Positions 42,221 to 51,966 of a stretch of DNA of 64,000 nt are shown piece by piece. Both the position numbers and the translations under genes were made by a program. The stretch comes from a virus. Its lineage: Duplodnaviria; Caudoviricetes. The stretch spans positions 1 through 64,000 of the IMG/VR virus record IMGVR_UViG_3300037067_026718. The stretch is one strand, 5' to 3'. Within the stretch, counting starts at the first letter, position 1, and each line of letters opens with the position of its first letter. The notes beneath the pieces are model-generated. The model worked only from the letters and a program-made list of their open reading frames with translations, made no database searches and was not told the DNA's origin.

Positions 42221-43509
42221 TCGGAGGCTTCCTTTACTGCACCTTCCTCGATGATGATGCTGCACTCGTCTCCGGTACTTACCCGGGTGGCGATGATCTG
42301 CAGCTTCTGCTCTTCGGCCCAGGCTGCGAACTTGGCGAGCTCCTGCAGGTCGTAGCGCTCCAGCTCATCGAGCAGGATGAACCCGCACTCCGGCCGGAGT
42401 TCCTTCACGATGGCAGCGGCCGTGCTGATCTGCTCGACGCCACTCATGCAGTCCCAAGCTTTTCCGTTGTACAGCAGCTCGCCGTCAACGACCTTGAGCT
42501 CGGGAAGAGGCATGGCGGAAGACTCCAGCAGGGCGGTCTTCATGGTCCTGAGGTTCTCGATCTGCAGCTCCGCGGCCTGGCGCTCTCCCGTGGCCTCGGC
42601 ATGAAGGTCTACCAGCTCCTGATGCCTGACATTGGCCTCCACCATCTTGTTGGTCTCCTGGGCGGCATGTATCTCATTGTACAGGAGAGAGGTGTCGAAT
42701 TTCTGCTTGCCGGACAAGTCCTTGGCGAGGATGTTGATTTCATCGGACATGTCGTGCAAAGCGTCTTGCTTCTCGGAAATATCGGCCTCTATAGCGGCAA
42801 TATCGGCGTACAGCTTTTCGCGCTGCTCCTTGAGGTTGTCAATTCTGACGCTGAGAGAACGATGATCCTCCTCGACACGCTGCTTTGCGCGTTCCGACTC
42901 GGCTATTCTGGCGTTGTGTTTGTTGCCTTCCTCCATCTTGACAAGCAGATCACTGATGGATACCGGTTCACCGGGTGCATCGGGAAAGAACGGGGCTGCT
43001 TTGACCCTGGCGAGGACATCCTTTTCCCTGTTGGCGGCAGAGGCTCGCTCGGTCATGCGATATTTCTCCATGCCGTCGAGCTCGTCGATCCGGTCCTGAA
43101 CTCCGATGACCTTCAGCAACGTCCTGGCTTTGTCCGGGTTGTTCATCTGCATGAACTTCCTGGGGATCAATGCCAGCTCGTCGATGAAGGCACTCAGGAG
43201 CTCCTGGCCGGCCTTCATCCCTCTTGGGTCTCTTACTGTCAGGTCGGAGTTTTTGCCCTTCCTGATGACCTCCAGGTCATTGGAAAGTAGGATCCTGATG
43301 TAAGGGTCGGTTTCTGCTCCGTCTCGCTTGGGAGAGGATGGTTTCATGCGGTTGCTGCCAAGGGCGAAGCAGATAGCGTCCAGAATTGTAGTCTTGCCCT
43401 GCCGGTTGCCGCCTCCGATGATCGTAAGGCCGTTCTGGTTGATATCCATCTTCACCAAGGCGACCTTCTTGAAGTTTTCGATGTGGAGTTCAACTATCTT
43501 GACTGACAT
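42217..43509 (-). CDS. SMC/RecF-like AAA ATPase with central coiled coil
   Basis: IENFKKV; GGNRQGKTTILDAI Walker A; MSG signature; ILLDELE Walker B. Confidence 0.88.
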   Translation of the reverse strand: MSVKIVELHIENFKKVALVKMDINQNGLTIIGGGNRQGKTTILDAICFALGSNRMKPSSPKRDGAETDPYIRILLSNDLEVIRKGKNSDLTVRDPRGMKAGQELLSAFIDELALIPRKFMQMNNPDKARTLLKVIGVQDRIDELDGMEKYRMTERASAANREKDVLARVKAAPFFPDAPGEPVSISDLLVKMEEGNKHNARIAESERAKQRVEEDHRSLSVRIDNLKEQREKLYADIAAIEADISEKQDALHDMSDEINILAKDLSGKQKFDTSLLYNEIHAAQETNKMVEANVRHQELVDLHAEATGERQAAELQIENLRTMKTALLESSAMPLPELKVVDGELLYNGKAWDCMSGVEQISTAAAIVKELRPECGFILLDELERYDLQELAKFAAWAEEQKLQIIATRVSTGDECSIIIEEGAVKEASE

Positions 43510-43544
43510 TATTTCTCCAGTTCTCCTTTCGGGTTTGTTAAGGG

Positions 43545-43733
43545 TTACTCGTCTTCTTCTGCCAGGAACTCTTCGGCTTCGTCAGCGTTGGCTACGAGAT
43601 ACTTGAGGGCAAACAGAAGAATCTCATGGTCATCTTTGATGTGAAGCGATGGTATTTCCTCCCTGGCCTGCTCCACCAGCTCTTCAATTTCAGTCAACGT
43701 TTGTTCCTTCCTCTCCGTTAGAAGGTCGGCCAA
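43545..43733 (-). CDS. small acidic protein
   Basis: Fits gene tiling; start uncertain. Confidence 0.45.
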   Translation of the reverse strand: MADLLTERKEQTLTEIEELVEQAREEIPSLHIKDDHEILLFALKYLVANADEAEEFLAEEDE

Positions 43734-43974
43734 CCCTTCGCTTTACGATGCCAAGGTCTTCGTGTGTAAATTCGCCCAGCTCGATCTCGACTGGACCGTT
43801 CCCCACGGAGAAAGCTTTGATCCAGAAGACAGTTTCCCTCTGAGGGTCGATTTTACCGCTGCGGATAAGTGTCTTGGCTCTATCCAGGGCGCCCTCTTGT
43901 GTCCACATGGACTCCTGGCCCATCTCGAGATTTCTCCCTTTCCTTATTACGATCAATCGGTAGCCTGGCATCAC
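43690..43974 (-). CDS. hypothetical protein
   Basis: Fits gene tiling. Confidence 0.55.
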   Translation of the reverse strand: MMPGYRLIVIRKGRNLEMGQESMWTQEGALDRAKTLIRSGKIDPQRETVFWIKAFSVGNGPVEIELGEFTHEDLGIVKRRVGRPSNGEEGTNVD

Positions 43975-44714
43975 CTTGCTCCTGCAAGCGCAGCTTGCAT
44001 CACAACTGCCGGGTCTACTCCCTTACCAACGGGGTCCCGGAGCCATGAGTCATACTTGCTTTCATGGATGTACACACTGAAGTCCAAGTCAAATTGCCCT
44101 ACGCTGTCGATCTTGAACAGGATACGAGTTGCTCCCTTCTCTTTCAAGACCTTTGCGATGGCAGCGGGATCGTCATTCTGGCCACCATAAAGCCCGTGTT
44201 CATAGGCTTCGCTGTTGAGTTTGATGTATCCGTAATCCTCTGGGTTGATGTCAATGGTCATGGCTTGACGGACTTTGCCTTCAAAGCTCTCCAGGTATTC
44301 ACGGATAATGCTTTCATCGGATTTGACGCACTGATGACAAGTAAGGGATCCGTCCTGAATCCAGTAGGACCCAGTCCATCCATAGCTGTCTGGAGAAGTG
44401 CGAACAAGCTTGCCGCATTCATCGCATGCATACCACTCGTCACTCCATTCCAGGTTTACTCCGAAGCGGTATTCAAGCATTTTGCCCAAGTTGCACAGCG
44501 TATGGTCTTCCTTCTCAGGGCTGATGGTAATCGAGTTCCAGTCACCGGTGGCTATGATGCCTGATGCCGGGTCTTCGTACCCAGGCTCAGCGTATCCATC
44601 GTAGAAACTGATTTCATCAAGCCGGTTTTGTACTTCGCGTATTTTGGTTTTTTCCATCATACGTTCTATGAACTTGTGGAGCGTTCCGATGTCAGTTGGC
44701 TCGTGTTCTCTCAT
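43971..44714 (-). CDS. conserved early phage protein
   Basis: GYAEPGY...GDWN...LEWSDEW..C..C. Confidence 0.7.
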   Translation of the reverse strand: MREHEPTDIGTLHKFIERMMEKTKIREVQNRLDEISFYDGYAEPGYEDPASGIIATGDWNSITISPEKEDHTLCNLGKMLEYRFGVNLEWSDEWYACDECGKLVRTSPDSYGWTGSYWIQDGSLTCHQCVKSDESIIREYLESFEGKVRQAMTIDINPEDYGYIKLNSEAYEHGLYGGQNDDPAAIAKVLKEKGATRILFKIDSVGQFDLDFSVYIHESKYDSWLRDPVGKGVDPAVVMQAALAGAR

Positions 44715-45739
44715 GCCCAACCTTCCTGTTTGGCAAACCGATCGATCTCCGGCCAGTCTATGTGATGGCAACCTATGATCACGCCGTCAGAGTTGATCTC
44801 GTTGACCGAGTAGTGCCCGACTTTGATTTCGGGAGACCTGATCTTTTTTCGCCTGTCGATAGCCCTCAAGATACGCCAGGCTCTTCTGGCGTGGTCGTAT
44901 GGCACCGTGACTCCCCAGGAAGTCTGGACCAGCATATGGTCCTTGGGGTTGTCTGCGTCCGTCCGGTCTTCCAGCATCACCGGTCTCAGAAGGATCGGAC
45001 CCGCGACTCTGTCTATTCTCGGATCTCCCGATATGAATGCCTCCCGGTCGGCTTTGATGTCTTCCATGAGCTTGGCCTGCCGCTTGGCTTCTTCCTCGGC
45101 TCTTCTCTTGCTTTCAATCCTTGCCTTTTTCAAGCTTTCCCGGTCGATATCATTCACTTCCGGGATCAGGTTCTCGAGGATCGGGATGTCTTCCGTGGCA
45201 AGGGTGAGAGCCTTTATACGCTCTGCCTGGGCCAGTTTGTCGTTGGCGTTACGGATCCAGCTTTCCTTCGTCCAGTCACTCCTGGCCCGAAGGTGTTTAC
45301 TGGCGCAGTCCATCGCCCTGTTGATCAAGTGCCTGATGATGGCATTGCCGGCTATTACGGCATCCTCTCCTCGGACGGTTCTACTGGCTTGGGGGGAGGG
45401 ATCCCAATCTCGTCGCCGAGGCAGACCACGCGGCCTTCACTCCTCAAGACTCATCTTCTCCACAGGGAAGTAAACCTTCTCAGCCAGCAATGGCGTCGCA
45501 TGTAGTGCTATTCGAATGTGTGCTGAGGTAATGGGGGAGTGCGTTCCCGCATTGATCAAGTAGATCGGCGTGTCGTCGATGTAGACGATGTCAGCAATGA
45601 GCATGTCGTATGAATACAGTTCCGTTCCCTCGAACCGTAGTCTGGACGCCTTCGCTTTTTCCTTGATCTGATGTGCCCAGTCATGGACCAAAGCTTCCTG
45701 GAGACGACCGGGGGTGCCTCCCCATGCATTGTAGCTCAC
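44711..45739 (-). pseudogene. early phage protein interrupted by one in-frame TGA (45437-45439)
   Basis: Track ORFs 45437-45739 and 44711-45328 share a frame, and the 36 codons between them are open. Confidence 0.6.
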
Positions 45740-45788
45740 TTCTGCCTTCCTCCATTTTCATTGCGACTACGATCTGATTCGTGTCGTC

Positions 45789-46037
45789 TTACCAAAGTTC
45801 CTCTGAGAGCAGTGTCCTCTGACTCTCGAAGTAAGCCTTACTTATTTGCCCACACCTGAAGGCCTCTATTTTGGCTTGCTTTCGATTGTAGTACCTGCCG
45901 GTGTCATCTACGAAGCCTTGTTCCTTCTGAGTCACTGGAGGCTTCCATCCTTGGGCCATAGCTGCCTTGATGCAATCACAGTGGCGGCGCCCGGTGATGA
46001 CCTCGTCTCCTCTTCTGATTGCTGCCTTGGTGATCAT
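45789..46037 (-). CDS. conserved small phage protein
   Basis: GRRHCDC...QGFVD..GRY.NR..A...L.SEELW. Confidence 0.7.
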   Translation of the reverse strand: MITKAAIRRGDEVITGRRHCDCIKAAMAQGWKPPVTQKEQGFVDDTGRYYNRKQAKIEAFRCGQISKAYFESQRTLLSEELW

Positions 46038-46063
46038 TCGTTGTGCCTACCCCTTTCAGACAG

Positions 46064-47431
46064 TCAGGCCCGATGCTTTTCAAGGATCTCATCAAAGGTC
46101 ATGCCTCTGACTACTTCTTCCTGGACCTTGGCCGGCATCAGATTCGCTTCGACATGGTAGTCATCGGAAGGAAAGGCTTTACCGGGGAAGAACCTGTGCA
46201 GCATGCCGCGGAAGCATTCGTCATCAAGGTTGCCTATCTCGAGGCAGAGGTCAATGCGGCCTGGCCGCATAAGAGCGGGGTCGATGCTGTCGATGGAGTT
46301 TGCTGTCATGATGATCACTCTGCCATGAGTGGCTTCCAGACCATCGAGGACATTGAGGACAACCGAGAGTCCGGATGACGACTGCAGGTCTTCGATTAAG
46401 TCAGATGACCGGTCGACATAGTTAAACCCACCGGGCATCAGTACCTTGCCGGGGCTATCCGAAGCGCCTGCTGGACCTACTGTGTTTGGAGCGCCTTCTT
46501 TGCTGTGAGCTGCTTTGTCGGCTTCCCTCAACTGCTTCAGCAGTTCTTCCCGGGCCTGCACAGTCCAGGAAGTGTCGATGTCTTCAATGGCAACTATGCA
46601 CTTGGCTTCGGCTGTAGCCAAAGCTGTATCGACCCAGTACAACCGATGTGCAGGAAGGATATTGATGTTGCGACCGAGATAGTCGGCAATGGCCCTGACA
46701 AGAGAGGATTTTCCGGTCCCCGGAGGGCCGTACAGCATAATGCCGAGGTGCCAGGGGATACCGTGTTGTATGCACCACTGCTCAGACGACAGAAACTTGT
46801 TGATGCGGTCGAGCAGCAACTGCTTCTTGGACTCCGGCAGCACTATCGAGTCCATCGACCTGTTGGGAACATTGCCGAGATCCATCCAGTATTCGCCGTA
46901 CTTCCTTATGCACGTTCCTTCATAGGTGATGGCCGCTTTTTTACAGTCTTCGAGAAGATTGTCGAGAGGGGCATGGGAGCGGCCCAGGACACGGATGGTG
47001 AGGCGTTCCTTCTCTACATCGGTAAACGACTGGTCGATCTTCTCGAGATTGAGAACAAACGGCCTTCTTTTGAAGATGCTGCCTCTCAACGGATGCCAGA
47101 TGACATGTTGGCCGTTGCCGACTCCCTTGGTTGCTTTGTCGTCATGGCCCCAGCGTCCGTTGCGGATCTGGATGCGCCTGATCTTGGTTGAATGCCCATT
47201 TTTATCAAGCCATTTCATGAAGTCATGAAAGCTGATCTGGGCTGATGTCAGCATCATTTCAGTGGAGAAGTACCGGATGATCAGTGCGCCGATCTTTCTC
47301 GGAATGCTTCTCAGCATCAACGTGAGGATGCTCAGCAACCCGGTGATCAGCATGCCGTCGAGAAACTGATTGCCGGTGTTGGGTATGATGCCGTTGAAAG
47401 CTCTTCCTATTGAGCTCAGTATGTCGCTCAT
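46064..47431 (-). CDS. BCS1-like membrane-anchored AAA+ ATPase
   Basis: N-terminal TM; GIPWHLGIMLYGPPGTGKSS; IEDID; SGLSVVLNVLDG; IDPALMRPGRID. Confidence 0.88.
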   Translation of the reverse strand: MSDILSSIGRAFNGIIPNTGNQFLDGMLITGLLSILTLMLRSIPRKIGALIIRYFSTEMMLTSAQISFHDFMKWLDKNGHSTKIRRIQIRNGRWGHDDKATKGVGNGQHVIWHPLRGSIFKRRPFVLNLEKIDQSFTDVEKERLTIRVLGRSHAPLDNLLEDCKKAAITYEGTCIRKYGEYWMDLGNVPNRSMDSIVLPESKKQLLLDRINKFLSSEQWCIQHGIPWHLGIMLYGPPGTGKSSLVRAIADYLGRNINILPAHRLYWVDTALATAEAKCIVAIEDIDTSWTVQAREELLKQLREADKAAHSKEGAPNTVGPAGASDSPGKVLMPGGFNYVDRSSDLIEDLQSSSGLSVVLNVLDGLEATHGRVIIMTANSIDSIDPALMRPGRIDLCLEIGNLDDECFRGMLHRFFPGKAFPSDDYHVEANLMPAKVQEEVVRGMTFDEILEKHRA

Positions 47432-47454
47432 GTGTTGTCACTTCCTTTGATGAA

Positions 47455-47640
47455 TCAGTCTTCTTTCCAGTTGCTGACCCATACCCGTTCGCCTCCGGGA
47501 ATCTCGACCAGCAAGTCCTCTCTTTGTTCGTTATTGAACAGACTGCCGACCATTTCGCTGGCGATCACTTTTGCGCGTGTCCAGACTTCTAAAGGGCCGT
47601 AGCCCAGATCCACGGACACATATCGCACTGGTGCTTTCAT
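47455..47640 (-). CDS. small hypothetical protein
   Basis: MKAPVR start after AAAGG. Confidence 0.45.
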   Translation of the reverse strand: MKAPVRYVSVDLGYGPLEVWTRAKVIASEMVGSLFNNEQREDLLVEIPGGERVWVSNWKED

Positions 47641-47656
47641 TTTTACCTTTCTGGGG

Positions 47657-48277
47657 TTATGGATAAACCCCTTCATTCTCGATGGAAAGCTCAAGACGCC
47701 TCTCCATTTCTTCCTCTATGGCTTGCCTGTTGCTGGTCATGTAGTGGATGGCAAAGGACAGGATGTCTTCATCGCTCCAGTCTGCAGGGATGTTGAGTAT
47801 CGTTTGCCTGACTCCCTCCACCAGGCCAGCGATTCTTTCTCGGGGCGGTGTAGTGCTGCTTTCCTGGGGCTGCACTTTGTCGGGCATGAAGATTGCCCAT
47901 CCATCGTTGGGCGACTGGCAAACCGTGAAGGCGTCGAACCGAAGCCAGCCTCTGAGCATGATGTCGGTCATACTGGCAACGTAAGCTGCGACTTCACATG
48001 GGACGCCGGCCTGCAGCTTGTCGCGCAACTCGCCTCGAGTCTTGGGGCGATAGATGCTGCTGATATTGTTTTCTTCTATCTGCTGGGATGCGATTGTAGC
48101 CATCACATTCATCAGCTCAGATCTCCGGAACCGTTCTTCGTCACAGAGCAGGTTGTGGTCCATTGAATAGAGGATGCACTGGTGGAGAAGATCAATGCGC
48201 TTTCTGATGGTATCCTGCAACTGTTTGATGTCGAAGGGTGCAATCAGTTGCTCGGTGTCATCATTCGGAACTGGCAT
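47657..48277 (-). CDS. hypothetical protein
   Basis: MPVPND start. Confidence 0.6.
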   Translation of the reverse strand: MPVPNDDTEQLIAPFDIKQLQDTIRKRIDLLHQCILYSMDHNLLCDEERFRRSELMNVMATIASQQIEENNISSIYRPKTRGELRDKLQAGVPCEVAAYVASMTDIMLRGWLRFDAFTVCQSPNDGWAIFMPDKVQPQESSTTPPRERIAGLVEGVRQTILNIPADWSDEDILSFAIHYMTSNRQAIEEEMERRLELSIENEGVYP

Positions 48278-48333
48278 GCCATATCCTTTCCTTTGGTATT
48301 TTTGCGATTGCTTCCTCAAACCGGAACAGCCTT

Positions 48334-48747
48334 TCATTCATCCACCGGGCATCGGACCGGTTCTTCGCAGTTGTCGGGGTCTGTAATGCCGATTTCACAG
48401 CAGGAGTCCTGGCAGTGGTTTTCTCCGTGGCGCCAGTAGGAATGGCTGCAACCAACGCAGTTCTGGTTCTGCGGCCAGACAAAGGATGTAAAGCCGGCGA
48501 AGGCTTCCGCGTTCTCGGCGGCGAGCTCGGCATCAAGCAGTTTCATGCGCTGAACCGCGATGTCATTGAATATCATCTGGTTGAACTCATCCCGCTGATT
48601 CCCCACGAACACAGCCAGGACGTCAACCGAATGGTGATAGATTTTCTCTGTCAAGTAAGCGGCATGCGCGGGTGTCATGGCCCTGATGTGGTCAACATAG
48701 GATTTTCTATCCACGCCTATGCTGACGACGGTGTAGGTCTTGCTCAT
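48334..48747 (-). CDS. hypothetical protein with Cys-rich tail
   Basis: MSKTYT start after GGAGG. Confidence 0.6.
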   Translation of the reverse strand: MSKTYTVVSIGVDRKSYVDHIRAMTPAHAAYLTEKIYHHSVDVLAVFVGNQRDEFNQMIFNDIAVQRMKLLDAELAAENAEAFAGFTSFVWPQNQNCVGCSHSYWRHGENHCQDSCCEIGITDPDNCEEPVRCPVDE

Positions 48748-48755
48748 TCTATTTC

Positions 48756-49022
48756 TCAACCTCCATGTTCTTTTGTCTGGTTCACTACTTCCCATTTCCC
48801 GTTCTGAAACCGGTGAAGAACGTTTCCGGGGAAGGTGACGCTATCAAGGCTGAAGCCTTCGATGAGGTTGCAGTGCTTCATTGAATTCAGAGCGTCATAA
48901 TAGGCTTGTCGGGCTTCCCGGTGCTTCCACGGATCTCCGCAGGCCATTTTCTCCTGCTCATTCCAGAGCTGAACAAGATCTCTGGCATGGTGAACAATTC
49001 GACTTCTGTCGAGAGAGTTCAT
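48756..49022 (-). CDS. hypothetical protein
   Basis: ATGA overlap. Confidence 0.55.
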   Translation of the reverse strand: MNSLDRSRIVHHARDLVQLWNEQEKMACGDPWKHREARQAYYDALNSMKHCNLIEGFSLDSVTFPGNVLHRFQNGKWEVVNQTKEHGG

Positions 49023-49366
49023 ACCGCTGAAACCTCATCAGCAATGGTTGAGAGGGTCTCCGTATCGACGCATCTCGTAACAAGACGTGTGTCTTCGGAG
49101 TGCTTGACGTAAGCCGTCCAGAAGACTGAGGTGCTGTCTATGTGCAGCATGCCGCCTTCCGTACGAACCAACTCCTGGCATTCTTCGTCTTCGTAGAAAT
49201 CCGGACTGCTTTCATACCAGCTCATCTTCGATGGAGGGCCGAGCGGGGTTATCATCTCGGGGAACATTGCGATTGCCGTCAGCAACTGCCTGGCTCGAGC
49301 AGGGCTGATATCGACTCGAGCGAAAAGAGACTGATCGTTTCCCGATGCTTCGATGATTATCGACAT
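49019..49366 (-). CDS. hypothetical phage protein
   Basis: RTE...L.I.....FWTAY.KH motif. Confidence 0.6.
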   Translation of the reverse strand: MSIIIEASGNDQSLFARVDISPARARQLLTAIAMFPEMITPLGPPSKMSWYESSPDFYEDEECQELVRTEGGMLHIDSTSVFWTAYVKHSEDTRLVTRCVDTETLSTIADEVSAV

Positions 49367-49644
49367 GTTTCTATTCCGTCCTTCCAGGTGACGTCGGTAT
49401 CGTAGTCTTTGAAGACGCCTCCATCAAAGGGAACGCATTCATTGACAAGAAAGCTAATGATAAACCGGTCACTTTTTATCTCGACCCCTATGCCTTCTCG
49501 TCTTCCTCCAAAGTGAGTGCAGATCAGGTCCCCCAGGTCTTCAAGGAAATGGATATAGGAGTCTTGGCATTGAATCAGTTCCGGATCATGAGTGGCTTTC
49601 CAGATTATATCACCCAACTCTTTGTCAGTCAGTATTTTGGGCAT
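49357..49644 (-). CDS. hypothetical phage protein
   Basis: FLEDLG.LIC.HFGG...VP.DGGV...YD. Confidence 0.6.
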   Translation of the reverse strand: MPKILTDKELGDIIWKATHDPELIQCQDSYIHFLEDLGDLICTHFGGRREGIGVEIKSDRFIISFLVNECVPFDGGVFKDYDTDVTWKDGIETCR

Positions 49645-49984
49645 CGCACTCCCTCCTCCAGAAAGAACGGATGATCCCTACAGGGACTCTGGCGATGGAA
49701 TCGTTGTAGACGATCTTGTCTTCAGGGTACATGGCGTTCCATATGTCGGCCAGTTGTTCGCCGCTTTTCCCTCGCAGGCCGTTGTTAATGCCTGTCACGA
49801 CATCAGTAAGCGTCAAAACCTCTTCCTCGAACTCTGGGATACCCGCCCACTGAGCAAGCTCGACGTCATCCGGGTCGATATGTTCTGCCAGTGACTGCAG
49901 CTCGGAGATCTCTTCGTAACTGATGCACTCGGCCCTGATCTGGCTGCGCAGATACTCAAGGCGGCCTTTGATGTCTTCCGGCAT
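49625..49984 (-). CDS. hypothetical phage protein
   Basis: RLEYLR.QIRAE.ISY.E..ELQSL..HI...DVEL..WAG.PE. Confidence 0.65.
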   Translation of the reverse strand: MPEDIKGRLEYLRSQIRAECISYEEISELQSLAEHIDPDDVELAQWAGIPEFEEEVLTLTDVVTGINNGLRGKSGEQLADIWNAMYPEDKIVYNDSIARVPVGIIRSFWRRECDAQNTD

Positions 49985-49993
49985 TGTTCCTCC

Positions 49994-50024
49994 AAAAGAA
50001 ACGGCGCCGACCGAAGCCGGCGCC
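49994..50024 (-). terminator. intrinsic terminator
   Basis: GGCGCCGG/TCGGCGCC around CTTCGG, followed by GTTTCTTTT. Confidence 0.75.
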
Positions 50025-50173
50025 TGTCCATTGAATAGGGTTATTGATCCGGCTGTGTTGAAGAGGACACACCGGCCTTCTTGCCGATGAAGAAAGAAAC
50101 GAAGCAGAGAGCCACCACGACTGCACCGACCACCAGCCCCCCGACTAGGGCTCCATCTTCCTCCCTCACGATT

Positions 50174-51019
50174 CTAACCACAGCACAACGCTCCTTCCAT
50201 GATGTCGGCATAGGCTTCAGCTTCTGCCGTCACAACTTTGTTCTTGTATTCCGGGCTCTCCAGGTACTTGATGTTGGCATCGACTTCCAGTTTGGCTGAC
50301 TCGATGCAGTCGTCCATGCCGAAGAAGCCCCAGCAAGAATTGCCTTCTTCGTCATCCAAGCCCTCTATGACGAAGCCGTAGACGTCGCCAGTGAGGTACT
50401 GATCGTATGTCTTTACTTCTCTTCGAAGGTACTCCTCGGCATGAGCAAGGTCTTTCTTGGTGACGTTCTTGATGGGCTTATAGTCCTGTCGTTCCTGTCC
50501 CTTTTTAAGCGGTTGCGGACGGCTCAATTCCTTGCGGATGGTTTCCTTGGTGCAGTAGATGAACCCCACCTGTCCGCTATCCCATGGACACGAGAAACGA
50601 CCGGTGCTCATGGTGATGCCGCTGTGGTCGTAGAGGTAGAGCGGCAGTATGACGATGTGCTTGTCGAGTACGCTTTCTATCATGGAGTCGCACTTGCTCT
50701 CTGCCTCTGCCCTGGCTTCCTTGACCATCCGGCTGCCGCTGTCATAGCCCTGGCTTATGAGCTGTTCCCTACGATCCCATGCTTTGTCTGACATCCGCTC
50801 TATTCGAGCAGTGATCCCGGGATCGAACTCAGCGGCCAACGCAGCCTTCCATTCCGTAGGACTGCATTTAGGCTGCTCATCACCGAGCTTGTAATTTCGA
50901 TGCCAGCAGACCATGGTCCCTACGTTGTCCCAGTCTCTCGGAGACTCCGGAGATTCATCCTGAAATACCTTGATGCGGTGACCGCGGTAGGTTTCCTCGT
51001 GGGCGGGATGGTCCATCAC
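50174..51019 (-). CDS. conserved early phage protein
   Basis: SPRDWDNVGTMVCWHR.Y.LGD; LPLYLYDHSGITMST..FSCPWDSGQVG; EV..YDQYLTGDVYG; SCWGFFG. Confidence 0.75.
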   Translation of the reverse strand: MMDHPAHEETYRGHRIKVFQDESPESPRDWDNVGTMVCWHRNYKLGDEQPKCSPTEWKAALAAEFDPGITARIERMSDKAWDRREQLISQGYDSGSRMVKEARAEAESKCDSMIESVLDKHIVILPLYLYDHSGITMSTGRFSCPWDSGQVGFIYCTKETIRKELSRPQPLKKGQERQDYKPIKNVTKKDLAHAEEYLRREVKTYDQYLTGDVYGFVIEGLDDEEGNSCWGFFGMDDCIESAKLEVDANIKYLESPEYKNKVVTAEAEAYADIMEGALCCG

Positions 51020-51504
51020 TTCACCTCCTTATAGGTGTTGTAGTGCCGGATGTCAAAGATGGTCTTGATACAACATCCGTGCTCCCTGGCCAGTCTTCGG
51101 GTGCTGGTCTGGCAGGTCCTGATATGGATGATCTGCTCGTTTGTGAATACTCTCTTCTGTGGCGAGGGGAAGTACCCGCTAAGGTCTGTTGGCACTGGAC
51201 AAGGAATAGGTGGATACCTGTTTTCCATAGAATACTGCTTTGCCCAGTACCCTCTTGGCGGCTTGTCGATACCGTAGGTCTTACACCATTTGCCTACAGC
51301 CACATCAGACACGCCCAGCTTTTGAGCGATCTCAGTGACAGGATAAGACCATACCATGCGATGGAGTTCTTCTCGAGAAGGCCTTTCGGCTCTACGATCG
51401 TGAATCCCTCTGCAGTCTTTACTGCAGAACCTGCTGGTAGATTTGTGGGGATTGAATTCACCCCCGCAGATTTCGCATTTAGCTACTGGACTGGCAGCGT
51501 TCAT
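51016..51504 (-). CDS. Zn finger plus two HTH-like modules (DNA-binding protein)
   Basis: CEICG...FCSKDC; IAQKLGVSDVAVGKWC..PPRGYW; LAREHG...TIFDIRH. Confidence 0.7.
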   Translation of the reverse strand: MNAASPVAKCEICGGEFNPHKSTSRFCSKDCRGIHDRRAERPSREELHRMVWSYPVTEIAQKLGVSDVAVGKWCKTYGIDKPPRGYWAKQYSMENRYPPIPCPVPTDLSGYFPSPQKRVFTNEQIIHIRTCQTSTRRLAREHGCCIKTIFDIRHYNTYKEVK

Positions 51505-51558
51505 TATTGCTTTCCTTCTATTCCATCATAGATGTTGAGTGCTTCAGCGCTGGCATTG

Positions 51559-51966
51559 TTATAGTGACTGCGCTCCACTCAGCTTCGGGTTTCTTTCTAC
51601 CAGGTCTCCCCATGAACAGACCCTTACAGTCTTATTTTTCAGATCATGGATGACAGTCGGTGCATAGGAATCTCCGGCGTTTAGATACTCATAAGACGGC
51701 CATACCGTGTCGTTGGGGCCCCAAAGAGCTTCCACTCCACAGGTCTCGGCCACTACGTTGAGGGCCTCCATTATGATCTCGCGTCTTCGTGGTTTGTGGT
51801 AGCAGGATTCCACCCATTTCCTTACCGATTCATAGTTCATTGGATCTCGGCTGCCCTGCAGTATCTCCCGGGCTTCCTGCGACCGCTCCTTGAACACGGG
51901 CTCAAGGGTCTTTACCGATGGCACCCTCCGGAACGGTGCATTATCCAGCTTTAGCCTTGTCATCAA
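51559..51966 (-). CDS. conserved early phage protein
   Basis: L...AET.GVEAL...YLNAGDSYAPT...SWGD.VE. Confidence 0.65.
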   Translation of the reverse strand: MMTRLKLDNAPFRRVPSVKTLEPVFKERSQEAREILQGSRDPMNYESVRKWVESCYHKPRRREIIMEALNVVAETCGVEALWGPNDTVWPSYEYLNAGDSYAPTVIHDLKNKTVRVCSWGDLVERNPKLSGAQSL

